DNA from: Vicugna vicugna
Taxonomy: Eukaryota
Assembly (NCBI GenBank): GCA_013265495.1
Contig: PNXW01005888.1
Span: 1 to 64,000, forward strand
Length of the DNA stretch: 64,000 bases
Reading direction: 5' to 3'
Under the pieces are notes generated by a model that was not told the origin of the DNA, did not search any database, and was given only the letters and a program-made list of their open reading frames with translations. This document shows, one piece after another, positions 1 through 13,290 of this stretch. Numbering within the stretch: position 1 is the stretch's first letter; every line of letters starts with the position of its first letter. A program made the position numbers and the translations under genes.

Positions 1-70
1 CTCCTCTAAAAATAAATAAATAAGTAAACCTAATTACCTTCCCCCCAAACAAACCCCCAAAATAAAAACG
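1..70 (+). mobile_element. 3' tail of a camelid-type tRNA-derived SINE, cut by the window start
   Basis: 'aaataaataaataagtaaacctaattaccttcccccc' plus an A-rich tail matches the reverse complement of the SINE tails at ~14030 and ~43240. Confidence 0.6.
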
Positions 71-371
71 AGGGCAAGGGTAGATGCAGCAGGTGATTTC
101 TGTGGTTGAGGCAGGATGTGAGGCTAGCTTGGAGTAGGGTGGTGGAGGTGGAGGGTAGTGGACACTCCTGAGAGATATTCAGGGCTTATTGATTGGAGGC
201 GCATGGTGATGTGGGAAATCCTTAAGAACTAGTCCCTTGTCCCTGCCTGGTTGAAAGAGCAGGGAACACTGCAAGAATCAGGCTTGGCCTTAAATACATG
301 AAGTCAGTTTTGGACCTCTGAGTCTGCATTACTCTGGGTCATCTGGAGTAGATGTCAAGTAGAAAGTAACA

Positions 372-697
372 CAGGTCCACAGCCCTTTATCTGCAGTTGT
401 GAACTCTACAAAGGCCTGAAAGTTCAGTTTTTTCATAAGCTTTACACCAAAACCCATTTGGCAGCAAGACATCACCTGTACTAGGGAGAATAGTTAATGG
501 ACACTATTTTAAATGTGAAAAAAATAGAACTAGGAGTCCAAAAAGGAACAAAGAAAATCACACTGACCTAACAAAATGTAGGAAGATACATATATCTATG
601 TACTGTCTATCTATGTATGTATTATATTGCCTTTGTGAAATCAAAACAACTTGGAAAGTTTTCTGACCCCAAGATTTCTAAGAGAATTAGGGACCTG
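372..697. mobile_element. old Tigger-type (TcMar) DNA transposon remnant
   Basis: Inverted termini caggtcc(372)...ggacctg(697); family assigned by resemblance only. Confidence 0.4.
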
Positions 698-714
698 AAA
701 TAGCATATGCATAA

Positions 715-980
715 GTGTCATTTAGCATTTACCATGCACCAGGCACTATTCTAAACTCTTTTACATATGAACTCATTTAATTCTCAGAACAACTCTGTGA
801 GGTGCAGGTATTATGAGAGATGAGGAAATTGAATCACATTTTCCATTTTACAGATGAGGAAATTGAGTCACAGCATCAAGAACTTGCCCAAGGTCACGTA
901 TCTTCTGAGTCGTAAAGCTGGAATTTGAAACTGGGCACTCTCCTGCAAAGTCCATACCCTTAACCACCACTTTATACTGC
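715..980 (-). mobile_element. MIR SINE
   Basis: MIR core 'ccattttacagatgaggaaattgag...aacttgcccaaggtcac...ctggaatttgaa'. Confidence 0.75.
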
Positions 981-1457
981 CTTTTATAGTCAGTCAAGAG
1001 TTAAAATCAGCAGTTTGGACCATAGGTAAAAAATGTGAGTGCTATAAAGTTATAGAGTGAGTTTAGTGAGCCATGAGAACTCCAACATTTAAAGTTTGAG
1101 TAGAAGATGTTAAACTGGTCCAGGAAACTGGAGGAAGCATCCAGAAAGGTTACAAAAACTAGAAGAGGTGTGGTCATGGAAGCCAATGAAAAGTCAGTCT
1201 TAGGAAGTTAGTGGTCAACAATGTCAAGTGCTTCCAAGTGGTCAAGTCCTGGCTCTGCTGCTTCCTAACAGTTAATAACCTCTCTGAGCCTTAATCTTAA
1301 TCTGTGATATGGAGGTATAAATTTCTGTGAGGAGTGCTTGTGATAGCATTGTGGGAAGGGAGTCCACGTGGGGCAAATGTTTATTCGTGTCCTCTGCTCT
1401 CTGGCCATTTGACAACATCAATCCTGTCTTCCCCTCTGTATGACACCCCTACACCAG

Positions 1458-1647
1458 GATCTGGCATTACAGCGTACTCTGTACACCCTGGCACAGTCAA
1501 CTCTGACTTGGTTCGGCACTCATCCGTCATGAGATTTTTTTGGCGGCTTTTCTCCTTCTTCTTCAAGACCCCTCAGCAGGGAGCCCAGACCAGCCTCTAC
1601 TGTGCCTTAACGGAAGGACTTGAGATTCTAAATGGAAACCACTTCAG
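1458..1647 (+). CDS. RDH11: retinol dehydrogenase 11, penultimate coding exon (190 nt)
   Basis: ccag| acceptor at 1456-1457 and AG|gtatga donor. Encodes [63 protein letters not shown], the SDR C-terminal region of RDH11. Synteny with VTI1B and ARG2 agrees. Confidence 0.93.
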
Positions 1648-3544
1648 GTATGAGTATATCTGTTTTTGAAGATGGAATTTTATTGCTCACAGGAAATAAT
1701 ATGGATTTGTCTGGTGTACCATACCCTTTAAAAAAAATACATTGTCCAACATAGCTTTTGTCTCTGGATTCTAGGAGTTTTACCTTTTAATAGGGAAATT
1801 TGACCATTCACATTTTTGGGGGTAACTGCTAGGTTTGATTTTATTTATGCTGTCTTATACGGATGATTCTGCTTTGTGGCTGTTCCTTTTCTTCCTACAT
1901 TTTATGTCAGTCTAGCTTTCTTTGTTCCTTTTTGGACTCCTAGTTCTATTTTTCATGTTAAAAAGAATTTGAATCTGTATTTCTCTGTTGCCTTCAGGAC
2001 TAAAATAGTATCAATGGACCTCATTCTCGAGTAAGTGAAGACTTTTTAAACTTTTTATTGTAGGGAGTTTGAATGTACACAGGAGTAGACAAAATACCAT
2101 GTTGAATCCCCATATACCCATAATCAGCCTCAATAACCATTAAATCAATGGCCAGTCCTGCCCCATCCTCATCCACCACCCCTTCCCATATTTTTCTCAT
2201 CCCATATTATTTTGAAGCAAATCTTAGATATCACATAAGATCAAAATTTTAACATGTTTTACCTCCATCTTCAAGATATTATAGAAATAACCCAAAATTT
2301 TAGAGGAAGGACTATAAATAAATAAAGATTGAAATGAAAGGTAGACAGTCAGATCGTGAAAGGCCTATAATGCTAGACTTAGAGAGGAGCCCCAGAGTTG
2401 TTTCAGCAGAGAGACACATGATCTGGTCTGTGCTTTAGAAAAACATCCTTGGTAACTTTGTTAGATGAATGAATAAGTACCCCAAATGAGAGATAATGAG
2501 CTTCTGATTTAGGATAATGACAGTTGGAATGAAGAGAATGTTTTAAGTGAGAAAGGCCCTGAAAAGGCAGAATTTTTACCACTTGATGACCAACTGAGTG
2601 AGGGAATAAAGGAAGATTTGGTGACCTGGGTTCAAGCCTGACTTATTAGGAGACTGATGGTGACATTAACTGAGACAGCAGGTGTGGATAAATAATGTGT
2701 ATAACTTAGGGTTCTTTGATTCTAAAGCAGTGGAAATGGACTCTGGCTAACTTAAGAGAAGAATTTATTGAAATATGGGGGTACTCCTGGGTCCAAAGGG
2801 AAGACTGAAGAGCCAGGTTTAGAACAGTCAGAATGGCCAGTCAGCGGGCCAAGACACTGCAGCTAGAGTGAGTGAACGTCAACTACCTTCAGTCTGTTTT
2901 GTTCCTCACCATCCACTGTCCAGGCAAGAGACAACTGGACCTCCTTCCTGCCTGATTCCCACCTCTATCCCCTTACCCCCACTCCCTTGGCTACTGGAGG
3001 ACAGGCAGGCACTTGATTAACGGGCTCTTCAAGCTTTAGCCAAGAGAAATAGGTAATTCCATAGAAAGAAATCAGGTAGCTATTGCCAAAAGAATGTGGA
3101 ATGGATGTTCAACCAAAGAATGACAATTGCCCACTGTCTAGTAAACGTGGCTCTTGTACATGTTGAGTGTGTTATTCATAAGAAATATGGGTAGAACTGT
3201 GTAGTAGATAGTTGGAAATGTGGGTCTGAGTGCAAGAAAATAGATTATTTAGTTTAGTACACTGGGATGATTTTCCAAGAGTGACTGGATTCTTTTTCCC
3301 TGGAAATTTTAAGAAAAGAAATAACCCTTTTTCTTGGTTTTGTCTTAGTGATTTAAATAAAGTCAACCTCAAATCCATAATTGTTGAGTTGACTTTTGAA
3401 AAGCCTTTCCAGTGCCATGGATTCTTAATTTTAGGCATTTTAAATATCCAACGGCAACCACTTAGGCCACTGTCAAGACATGAACATAAAAGTCTGTGTT
3501 GATTGAAGCCATAGGACCTTTGCACTGATGGTGCTTTTCTGCCC

Positions 3545-5150
3545 CAAACTACTGATCTACTTTTTGTCTTTATGGATTTGCCTATATAAGTGGAATTATG
3601 TAATATATGGCCTTTTGTGACTGTATTATTTCACTTAGCATAATGTGTTAAAGGTTCATCCATGCCAAAGTATATATCAATACTTCATTCGTTTTTATTG
3701 CCAAATATCTCATTTTATGGTTATATCATGTTTCTTTATCCATTAGTCAGTTGATGGGCATTTGGATTGTTTCCACTTTTTGGTTATTTGAATAATGCTG
3801 CTATGAACATTCATGTACAAAGTTTGTATGAACATTTCTCTAGGGTATATACCCAGAAGTGGAATTTCACTGGAACATGGGTCATATATTAACTCCATTT
3901 TAGCTGTTGAGGAATTACCAGATTGTTTTCCAAAGTGGCTGTACCATTTTACATTGCCACAAGCAGTATATGAGGCTTCCAATTTTTCCACATCCTTGTT
4001 AACACTTGTTATTGTCTGTCTGTCCTTTTGATACTAGCTATCTGAGTAAGGATAAAGTAGTATGTCACTGTGGTTCTCATTTGCATTTTCCTGCTAAGGA
4101 TGTTGAGTATGTTTTCATGTGCTTATTGTCGATTGGAGGTATCTTTGTTGGAGCAATGTCTATTCAAATCCTTTGCCTATTTTTAAATTGGATTTCCATC
4201 TTTTTATTGTTTAGTTGTAACAGTTCTTTATATAACCTAGATACAAGTTCCTTATCAGATATATGATTTGCAAATATTTTCTCCCATTCTGTTGGTTTGT
4301 TTTTTCACTTTCTTCATGCACAGAAATTTTTAATTTTAATGAAGTCTACTTTATTTTTTCTTTCATCACTTGTGCTTTTGGTGTCATATCCTAGAAACTA
4401 TTGCCTAACCCAAGGTCACAAAGATTTATTACTGCTTTCTTTTAACAGTTTTATAGTTTTAATGTTTAGTTTAGGTGTATGATCCATTTTGGTCAATTTT
4501 TGTATATGGTATGAGGTCGGGTTCCAGCTTCATTCTTTTGCATGTGGAAATCCAATTGTCCCAGAACCTTTGTTGAAAAGATGATTCTTTCTTATCTGAA
4601 TTGTCTTAACAGCTGTATTAGTCCACCTTGGGCTACTATAACAGAATACCACAAACTAGATGGCTTAAACAACAGAAATTTATTTTCTCACAGTTCTGGA
4701 GGCTGGTAGTTCAAGATCAAGGTGCTGGCCGGGTTGGTTTCTGGTGAGGCCTCTCTTCCTGTCTTGTAGATGGCTGCCTTCTTGCTGTGTCCTCACATGG
4801 TCTTTCCTCTGTGTGCATATAGTCCTGGCATCTCTTCCTCTTAATAAGGACACTAGTCCTATTGGATTAGGGCTCCACCCTTATGACCTCTTTTAACTTT
4901 AAATACCTCCTCAAAGGCCCTATCTCCAAATAGAGTCATGTGGGGATTAGAGCTTCAACATATGGATTTTGGGGGACATGAATCAGTCCATAGTAGTGGT
5001 CTTATCAAAAATCAGTTGACCATAAATGTGAGGGTTTACTTCTGCCCTTTTCATACTATTCCATTCATATGTGTCTATCCTTATGCCAGTATAATACTAA
5101 TTTGATGACTGTAGCTTTGTGTTAAGTTTTGAAATTGGTCAATCTTTCAC
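3545..5150 (-). mobile_element. old L1 fragment (ORF2 end and 3' UTR), interrupted by an MLT1 LTR
   Basis: The minus-strand ORF 3743..3991 reads like the L1 ORF2 C-terminus (CGNVKWYSHFG...IPLLGIYP...KWKQSKCPSTD); typical L1 3' motifs on both sides of the LTR. Confidence 0.85.
4614..4995. mobile_element. MaLR MLT1-type solo LTR
   Basis: 'tgtattagt...aacaacagaaatttattttctcacagttctggaggctgg...caagatcaaggtg...ggattagggc...cttcaacatatggattttgggggg...cagtccatag'. Confidence 0.85.
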
Positions 5151-5546
5151 CTATACTGACTAGTACTTACCAAGAGCCCACTGGAAATGTCCGTATCATG
5201 ACTGTGCTGATGCCATAAACACACTGAAGTAGCTCTTGTTGTATGTAGTATTTGAATTATTTTTATAGCATTTGTTAGCTTAAAAGGCACTTTCATGTCC
5301 TCTGTGTCATTTGCTGTTCACCATAAACTTATGAAGAATTTAAGGCATAACACAGTGGATGCTGCAAAGGCTTACCGAACCAAGTCATTTCCAGAGGGTC
5401 AGACAGAGCTCCTTAGTCCTCAGTGATGGTCTCTTCAGTCAGAAATAGCAGGTTGTGCTGGCTGTGTTGGTGAGTTCCCTTAAACAGAAGTACTACATTT
5501 ATAAGGCTTATTTATTAAATGCAAAGGTATCTTTGAGGGTTTTTTT

Positions 5547-5727
5547 TTTCAAACTTGTATGTGTTTAAGAACCATCTAGGGAACTGATTGAAAACGGATT
5601 CCTGGGCCTCAACCCCAAAGATTTTGATTCATCAGGTCTGGGGTGAGGCCTGAGAATTGGCATTTCTAACAAGTTCCCAGAGGATGCTCCTGCTGCTGGT
5701 CCACGGCCCACAGTTTGAGTAGCACTG
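5547..5727. mobile_element. MER5A-like hAT-Charlie MITE
   Basis: 'gattcctgggcc...ggtctggggtgaggcctgagaatt...tttctaacaagttcccag...tttgagtagcactg'. Confidence 0.75.
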
Positions 5728-6666
5728 ATATAATGGACATAGTGTGAGGAGTTTGCTTCATGTGGTTATTTCAGACTTGTCAACTCTCCCTTTCACCTTC
5801 AGAATTTGTTTAGATGGTCCATGAAGCAGTTTTCTAGAACTAGTCTAGTTATAAAAATTGCTTCTCACATGACTTCAAAGTTTGTGATTCCTTTACTCAA
5901 TCATTAAAAAAACAAACAAAAAAACCTTCATTGAACACCTGCTGTGTACTAGATGCAGGGACTACCAAAAAATGAGTAAAAGAATTATCCTTGAGAAACT
6001 TTTCTGGGTGGTAAAGAGTTGGGGTAGCCCTCCTGCATTTAATGGGAACTTAAAATAATTGGAATTACAACAATGAAGAGAAGGTATATAAAACATGTGG
6101 TACCTTGTTTTTACCATTTCTTTTCTGCTATCATCTTTTCCTTCTTTTGTTGGTTATGAAGCTGGCTTTACTTCTTTTTTGAATTTAAAGACAGTTCTAA
6201 CTGCAGGTAGACCAGAAATAAGACGAATTTTTTTAATCACTCCAAACATCTATGACCAGTGTAAATAGCAGTATCCCAACTACACGACAGTGTACAAGGT
6301 CCTATAGAGTGGACCTTAGAGACATATTTGAACAAGATGGACATAGACAGGTGTCAGACAGGCACCACTGATATTACAGTTAAATATATACATGCAAAGG
6401 GGACTATAAATAAGACTAAACGATATACATTATATCTCAAACAAATCATCCTGCTCAGAGATGGTCTAGTGAGCTCTAAAATGGTAATTACATTTTCCCC
6501 TGGGGTAAAGATTGGAGAATGATGAGATAGGACAAACACTGGTCCTGTGAAGTGCCCAGAGCACATGTTATCCCTGGGTTGTATTTATGTTGTGTTCTTT
6601 ATTGGCAGGCAGAGAGCAGACTCCATTCTTAACGCTGTGCTTTAAGCCTCTCTTTTTCCCTTCCAG

Positions 6667-6769
6667 TGACTGCCATGTGGCATGGGTCTCTGCCCAGGCT
6701 CGTAATGAGACAGTAGCAAGGCGGCTGTGGGATGTCAGCTGTGACCTGCTAGGCATCCCTGTGGATTGA
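6667..6769 (+). CDS. RDH11: retinol dehydrogenase 11, last coding exon
   Basis: Polypyrimidine tract plus ttccag| at 6665-6666. Phase 2 matches the previous exon (AG|T = Ser). Encodes [33 protein letters not shown], then TGA at 6767-6769. Confidence 0.95.
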
Positions 6770-8505
6770 CAGATGATGGCAGTTGGACTCAAGAGAAGCT
6801 TGCAGCAGACTCCTCAGTACTCCCTGCTAAAATGATTCTCCTTCTGGATGGTCAAAACCTTGAGCACAAAGAAAACAAACCTTCCAAACTTACCTGCTTG
6901 ACGTCTGATAAAAGCCCAGCGTACACTGCCAGATTCATCTAAATGTCTTGCATTTGTCCAGACTTATTTTGCTCCTGTTACTGCCAGAGTTACTAGAGAT
7001 ATATAGGATGAGTAGACCCCCATATGACCTCCAGGCTCCTATTTTCTTCCTGAAACCTACTACCTAGTAGAACCGAAGCAATGGCAGGGTTGATTTATGG
7101 CAATTTGGATTAATTTCTATCCTCTTTGTCCACAATGTAGTTCCTCCCAACCAAACAACTTTCAAGGGGGCCATACTGCAACCTGAGATAAACTCCAGGA
7201 GTCACAGTGGCTTGGCTCAAGAGCAGGGTTGTCCTTCACCTCTTAAGAAAAGTCTTATGGCACCAATATCTGGATTCTTCCTGGAAACTCTTAACTGAAT
7301 CTGGATTGTGGCATGGCTTTATCTCTAACCTAAAGCCACTGCTGTTAAGACATTTTCTCATGCCTAGACCATAGAAGAGCCTCCTTTTCTAAGAAGTTGG
7401 TGGAGTTTAGGGGATGACAGAAAATGGGGGGAACCAGAAATAAAAATCAAACTTAAGCCGTCATTCATTTTCCTGCTATTTCTCAAACCAGCAAGAGGGT
7501 AGTGAAAAACAGTTTAAGAAGAATGGCCACCTGACTTCAGTTACTGACCCCAGACCCATGGAGGCCTCCTTTTTGTGCCTTAGTTTCTCTTAGAAAACCA
7601 GGAGAAGGGAAAGGCTATTTGGTGATTGTCCCTGCGTATATCTTTGTATGTGTTCTTGTGTATTTATGCAGTTGTGAGTATTGAAAATAGCCACAAAGGA
7701 ACAGTATTAAACTGGACCCTAGTGCAGGAAACTGATCAGAGACAAAGCAAACCAGTGTCATTCAGTCTTGGATACAAATAGGTGGAACCGCAGAGGGACG
7801 TGAACTCTGTATATGCTGATAGCTACCCATCACGAAGCATATGGGTAGCAGGGAAGAAGTCCAAAAAAGAGAAGAATCCTAGAAGATAATTCAGGCAATG
7901 AAGGGACTAGTTAAGGATTTAAAAACTTAAGAAAAAAAGCTAAAGATGGTAAAATTCAGCAATAGAAGAATTAAGGGTGAGCACCTGAGTTCAGACAAGA
8001 CTGGTAAGGCGCTATCTGAACAAGCACAAATCAACCTGTCAGGAAGAACAAAACCCCAATTCTTTATTCAGCAAAATTTCTTAAGGACTGATACTGGTAA
8101 TTAGTCAATTTAAAAATCTTGCAGGGCATTACCTTACATTATCTTGACAAGATTAAAATGTCTACTGTATTGGCTAGAAATCTACATTTTATTTGGAGAA
8201 CTGTTATCAAAGGTAATGCTGCCAAAGGAAGTCAGGAATTGGCAATGTTCCATCACTTGTTTGGAGTATATTCTTCTAATAGAGTTTGTGATTTTCCTAG
8301 ACTGACAATTATATGTTCACTTTGGTGGGAGTTTCAAGAGTTGTAGGACCACAGTCTTATATTTGTAAATAATCTTTTTGTTGAACTTGTTTGGACAAGT
8401 AAACTATACAGACATGGTCATTTTATGAAAAAATTGGAAAACTTTTGATACTAGTGTAGAACTGAATTAATATTTTACTTAATTTATACTGAATTGTCAA
8501 TGACA

Positions 8506-8511
8506 AATAAA
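8506..8511 (+). terminator. RDH11: probable RDH11 polyadenylation signal (AATAAA)
   Basis: AATAAA ~1.74 kb after the stop, followed by T/GT-rich sequence (ttgattgttttt). A more proximal AATAAA lies at 7439-7444. Confidence 0.65.
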
Positions 8512-8839
8512 AATTGATTATTGATTGTTTTTATCTACCAGAATACAAACTTTAAGAATTAAACAAATTTAATTTGCGTCAACAGAAGACAACAATTAAA
8601 TGAAAGCTTATATTAGAGTCAAAAGAAGAAAATACTTCCCGTTATTATGGTTACCCAACCATTTCTCATTCTGAGGATAATTTGTTCCAGAGTCTAGTCT
8701 AGCCGTGGTACAGTTTCAGTTCAAATGCCATTAGCTTCAGTTGTGTGATAATTTATTAATCCACCCATTTTCTACTAATCTTCTATGATGCTGTTCAAAG
8801 ATCACTTTTTCCATCCCAGCCTGTTTATTACCTCTCATC

Positions 8840-9164
8840 TTTTTTTTTTCTTTTACACAACATATTCCACTGTTTATTTTTATATTGATTTGATTCTTTT
8901 TTTTTTAAATTGAAGTATAGTCGATTTACAATGTTGTGTTAATTCCTGGTGTACAACATAGTAATTCATTCCTTTTCATGTTCTTTTTCACTATAGGCCA
9001 TTACAAGGTGCTGAATACAGTTCCCTGTGCTATACAGTAGGACCTTGTTGTTTATCTATTTTATATATAGTAGTTAGTGTCTACAAATCCCAAACTCCCA
9101 ATTTATCCCCTTCCACACCCTCTTCCCCCCCGCCCCCCGGCAACCATTAGTTTATTTTCTATGT
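8840..9164 (-). mobile_element. 5'-truncated L1 3' end with a short 3'-transduced segment
   Basis: L1 3' terminus 'ttttaaattgaagtatagtcgatttacaatgttgtgtta...' at 8897-9164, a second T-run at 8840-8849 and an imperfect TSD tacctctc(at)ctttt. Confidence 0.75.
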
Positions 9165-9770
9165 TACCTCTCCTTTTTGTACCTACGCTTTCTATAACAC
9201 GCTATGGGACTTATCACAGTACACTGCAACTAACAACCGCAGACTTTGCTGTCTCTCTATGCTCAGTGAATATTAGGAACTCAACAGAAGTTTGTTGAAT
9301 CATTGGTCAGTGAGCTCAGCCTAATAAATTTAAGAGTCCACGAGATACAAATCACCAAATCCTGCCCAGATCCCTGCACAGTGACTACGCTTAAATTGAC
9401 AGATACCTGTTGAGTGAATAAATGCACTAGGCGAGCCGGGCCGCTAGAGGCTGACTGCGTACGTCGGGGGTCACACTGCCCGGGACCACTCCTGAAAGTA
9501 TGAGAGCTGGTCACTTGATTACCCAGTAAAAGTGCTCGAGCGCAGGCAGGAACCTGGCCTGGGTATCTTTCAAGGAATGAAAACTAACAGCCAGAACGTG
9601 AACTGAGGAAGTCAGGGTGGCCAAACAGTGCGATGACAGTAATGATGACTACCTGGCGCCTACTAATTTCAAACGACCGCGCGTCAGTGTCAAGCCGGCG
9701 GCCGCAGCGACAGCCGAGCCGCCGCCACCAGTAATGCGTGACTTCCGAGTCGGAACGTCTTCCGCGCCGG

Positions 9771-9790
9771 ACTACAGCCCCCGGCATGCA
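9771..9790 (+). promoter_or_regulatory. ZNF143/SBS-like motif (ACTACAnn-CCC-GCATGC)
   Basis: actacagcccccggcatgca resembles the ACTACAnnTCCCAGCATGC motif common in housekeeping CpG promoters. Confidence 0.6.
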
Positions 9791-10208
9791 CTGCAGCGTC
9801 CGCTCTCGCCGGAAGGCGGGCCCGGGAGAGAGGCGGCCGCGCCGCCCGGTCCGCCGGTCCCCACACTCCCTTCCGCTGTGGCGCTCTCCCCAATCCCGGA
9901 TTGGGTATTTCCGGGGTTTCGAGACAGCCGTTCGCCCCGGTGCGCCGCCGCCCCCTAGGGAGTCGCCGGGGCAGCACAGCTCGCCCAACTTTCCGTCAGG
10001 CTTGGCGCCCGGCGCGCCGTCAATGACGGCATGCAGCGGGTGGGCGTTCCGGCTTCGAAGGACCCCGCCGCGGCCCGGAAGCGCCTCGTCCAGGGCGGCG
10101 GAGGCGGCGGTCGCCGTGATGCCTGCAGCACTGGGCGGCTGACAGCGGAGTAGGAGTCGGCCCCGGGACCAGAGTCTCGGCGGCCGCTGCTTGAGAGCGG
10201 CCTGCGCC

Positions 10209-10323
10209 ATGGCCAACTCCGCCGCCTCCTCTGAGCATTTCGAGAAACTGCATGAGATCTTCCGCGGCCTCCATGAAGACCTCCGAGGGGTGCCGGAGCG
10301 GCTCCTGGGGATGGCAGGGACAG
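10209..10323 (+). CDS. VTI1B: VTI1B coding exon 1
   Basis: Strong Kozak gccATGg; MANSAASSEHFEKLHEIFRGLHEDLRGVPERLLGMAGT; donor CAG|gtgagg. Confidence 0.95.
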
Positions 10324-13049
10324 GTGAGGCGGGGGCGGGCTAAGACTAGGGGATCCAGGCCCCGCTAGCTCTGGGAGGAAGAGCCCCCACCCTCTCCCCA
10401 GACCCTTGCCCTCTTCTTTCCGCTTCTCATTCTCAGACACGCCCCTAGGGCTGCCTGGGTCCCGGCGCCCTGCGTCTCCGGCTGCCGCTTAGGTGTTCAG
10501 GGATGCACCTCGCAGTGTCATCTCCCTTTTCGATCCTCCTATAGCCTTCAGATATTTCTCATCTCATTTTCATTATGGCAAGAAAGCATAGGAGACCTTC
10601 AATCCACGATTCTGTATTTCAGTAGAATTGGTTTCTTTTGCAGCTCTGTGTTTTGCTTTATACGTTTAAAAGTATTCTCAAAAGAAGTGCATAGTATTCA
10701 CCAGACTGGCAAAGAATCTGTAGCACAAAAAAGGTTAAGAACTCAAAGGAATCGTAACTTTTGGGGTTGGTAAATAACCAATTTTGGGGGGGGAGGGGTT
10801 GGTCTTTAAAATGGAGATTGTAATCTTTAGGTGTCCTCTTATGAACTTTCTGCTTAGACTGATTCCTGCCCCCCTCCCCCCGATTTCAAAATTCAGATTG
10901 CTTCAAGTTTTGCTTGAAGGAGCTAGAGTTTTCCGGTTATATCTGTATAGGAAGACCTGCCATAGTTCTTTGCCTTAAGACAAATAGATCTCGATGGCAA
11001 GGCAGATAAGACTAGGCTTTGTTGTATTGTTTTTACTTAAGTGTCAGAGCTTGAGTGTTTGTGAGTTACCCAAAGTAATATGAATTGAATGACTCTGGTG
11101 AGAATGAAATTCATACCTTTGTTTAACATATATTTATTGGGGGAGCCTGCTCTGTGCCAGGCACTGTCCTAGATGCTAGTAATATTGCAAATTGTAGTGA
11201 AAAGAGTTAAAAATTTCTGTTCTAATGGGTCGATGATAATATATAAATATTAAGAGGTGGTGTTAAGGGCAATACAGCAAAATAAACCAGGGCAAAGGAA
11301 TGAGGGGGCTGTAAGTTTAAATTGGGTGGTTGTGAAAGGCCTCTTTGAGGAGGTGGCATTTGAGCAGGAGAAAGGGAGTAAACTGTGCCAAAATCTGAGA
11401 GAAATGAGTGTCAGGAGGATGGAATAGCACTGCAGAGATGCTATTAAGCAGAAATGAGCTTGATGTGTTCTAGGAAGAGTAAAAAGGCCAGTGTATTTGG
11501 GGTGGGATGTGTAAAGGAGATTGTGGTAGTAGATGAGGCTTTAAAGAGGTAGGAAGGGTCAAATCACGCGGGACCTTGTAGACTGTGGTGAAAGATTTGC
11601 ATCTTTCTTTAAATGCGATGGCTTTGAGCTAAAGGATATTGAACAGGAGGTGATGGGATCTGATTTACATGGTTGAAAAATAGACCGTTTTTTCATTTCA
11701 GCCTTGTGCTGAGTTAAATTTTGCAGTGCCCATTTCTGTAAGGCTAAATAACGTGAATGGAGATTCCCTTTTGAAAAAAAGAAAACTTAGTTATATTCAC
11801 CTTTGTCATCTACCTAACCTTCTAATTCCTGCAGAGAGGACAGGCAGAAAGGCGTGAATTTCTGCCCACTTGCAAAATACCCTAACGCAAGTTGCTGTGA
11901 ACAATTGTTCGATAGGCAAGTAAGTACAATATGCACGTACTCCTAGGTAATAAGAATTTCAACAACTTTCAGTCTCCTTATTCACTGCTTGTTCACACTA
12001 CTCAATAAATATTTGTTGAATAAATTGAATTTAATTATGCAAACACACTGGGTGTCATCTCTGAATCCATTTTTTAATAAGACTGCTTCATAGGCTTTCC
12101 AGCGCTTTATATTTTCCGTCATGAATTATTAAGCACTGAATAATGTACATAACACATCCCTTGCATTTAGTTTATGCTCTGTAATTGAATTCAATTATTT
12201 TTAGTAAACATTTATTGAGAATTATGTATCAGCCAGTGTTCTGGGCCCTGGGCAATTCCAAGAGTTCTTGCCTTAAATGGGAGCAGATTTACAACAAAGT
12301 ATTTGATGAGTCCTAAGATAGTCTTGAAACTATAAAAAAAAAAAAAAGGCTAATATGGGTGTGGGGAAGTGAGAGGGAAACCTTGCAGAAAAGAGAACTT
12401 CGAACTGAATATAAAGGGCTGAATGGGAGTGTGCCAGACAGAGGGGAAATGGGAAGAGGCAACAAAGGACGAAAAAATCAAATCCAGCCATGACTGGAGC
12501 TTAAGATACATGTGGAGAGTAGTAGTAGATGAGGAATGTAAGACACAGCTTGACCGTTAAGGGACCTCAGTGTCACATTAAGAAATCTAGATTTGATGTG
12601 GAGCATCCAAAGGATTTTAAATAGCTAACTAATACGGTCAGATTTTATTTTAGAAGGAGAATGTTGATGGCTGAGTAGAGGATGAAAGAGAAGCACAAGA
12701 AACTGGACACTGGGGACCAAGTTAGGAGCCTTTGTGACAGTCATTGACATAACATGGGAATCCAGAGAATCCCAAATCCAAAAGGTGATTCTGAGACAGA
12801 AATTAACTGATTGGGACATGAGAAGGGAGAAATATTGAACGATGTTTGCATTTTCTCACTTGGTCAACTGAGTGAATGATGAATTTAAATAAGAAATACA
12901 AGAGTAGAAGCAGGCTTGTTTGGTTTTTGGATGAGAACATCAAAGGTGCTTATAGAATAGAGAACATAGTGTATGTCCATTCTAGCCTGACAGATATTTC
13001 TTCTCCTATCATTAATAATAACATTTATAAAGAAGATAAGTGAATTGAG

Positions 13050-13290
13050 GGGCAGTATAGTGTAATATTTAACAGTGAGGATTCTAGAGCCAGGCTGCCT
13101 GGGTTCATATCCTAGATCATCTCTTAATAACCTTGTGACCTTGGACAACTTACTTTAACCTAATTGGTTTCCCCTGCAAAATGGGCATCAATCATTGTAT
13201 TCACTTCATAGGAGTTTTGTGAGGGTTAAATGAGTTAATACATGTAAAGCCCTTAGAATACACCTGACAGTAGTAAGAGTGATTAGCTGT
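13050..13290 (+). mobile_element. MIR SINE
   Basis: 'ggctgcctgggttcatatcct...tgtgaccttggacaacttactt...aaaatggg...gtgagggttaaatgagttaatacatgtaaagc'. Confidence 0.75.

Larger units (their letters stand above)
9430..10520 (+). promoter_or_regulatory. VTI1B: CpG island promoter and first exon region of VTI1B
   Basis: Very GC- and CpG-rich. Contains ETS-like motifs (acttccg 9741, ccggaag 9809), GC boxes and the VTI1B ATG at 10209. Confidence 0.9.

Noticed and set aside
818..872. Repeated agatgaggaaattga
   Set aside because: A local duplication inside a MIR core with no functional indication.
9584..10440. Long overlapping ORFs (113-210 aa) on both strands
   Set aside because: They arise from stop-codon depletion in the VTI1B CpG island; the products are low-complexity Pro/Arg/Ala/Gly with no recognisable family.
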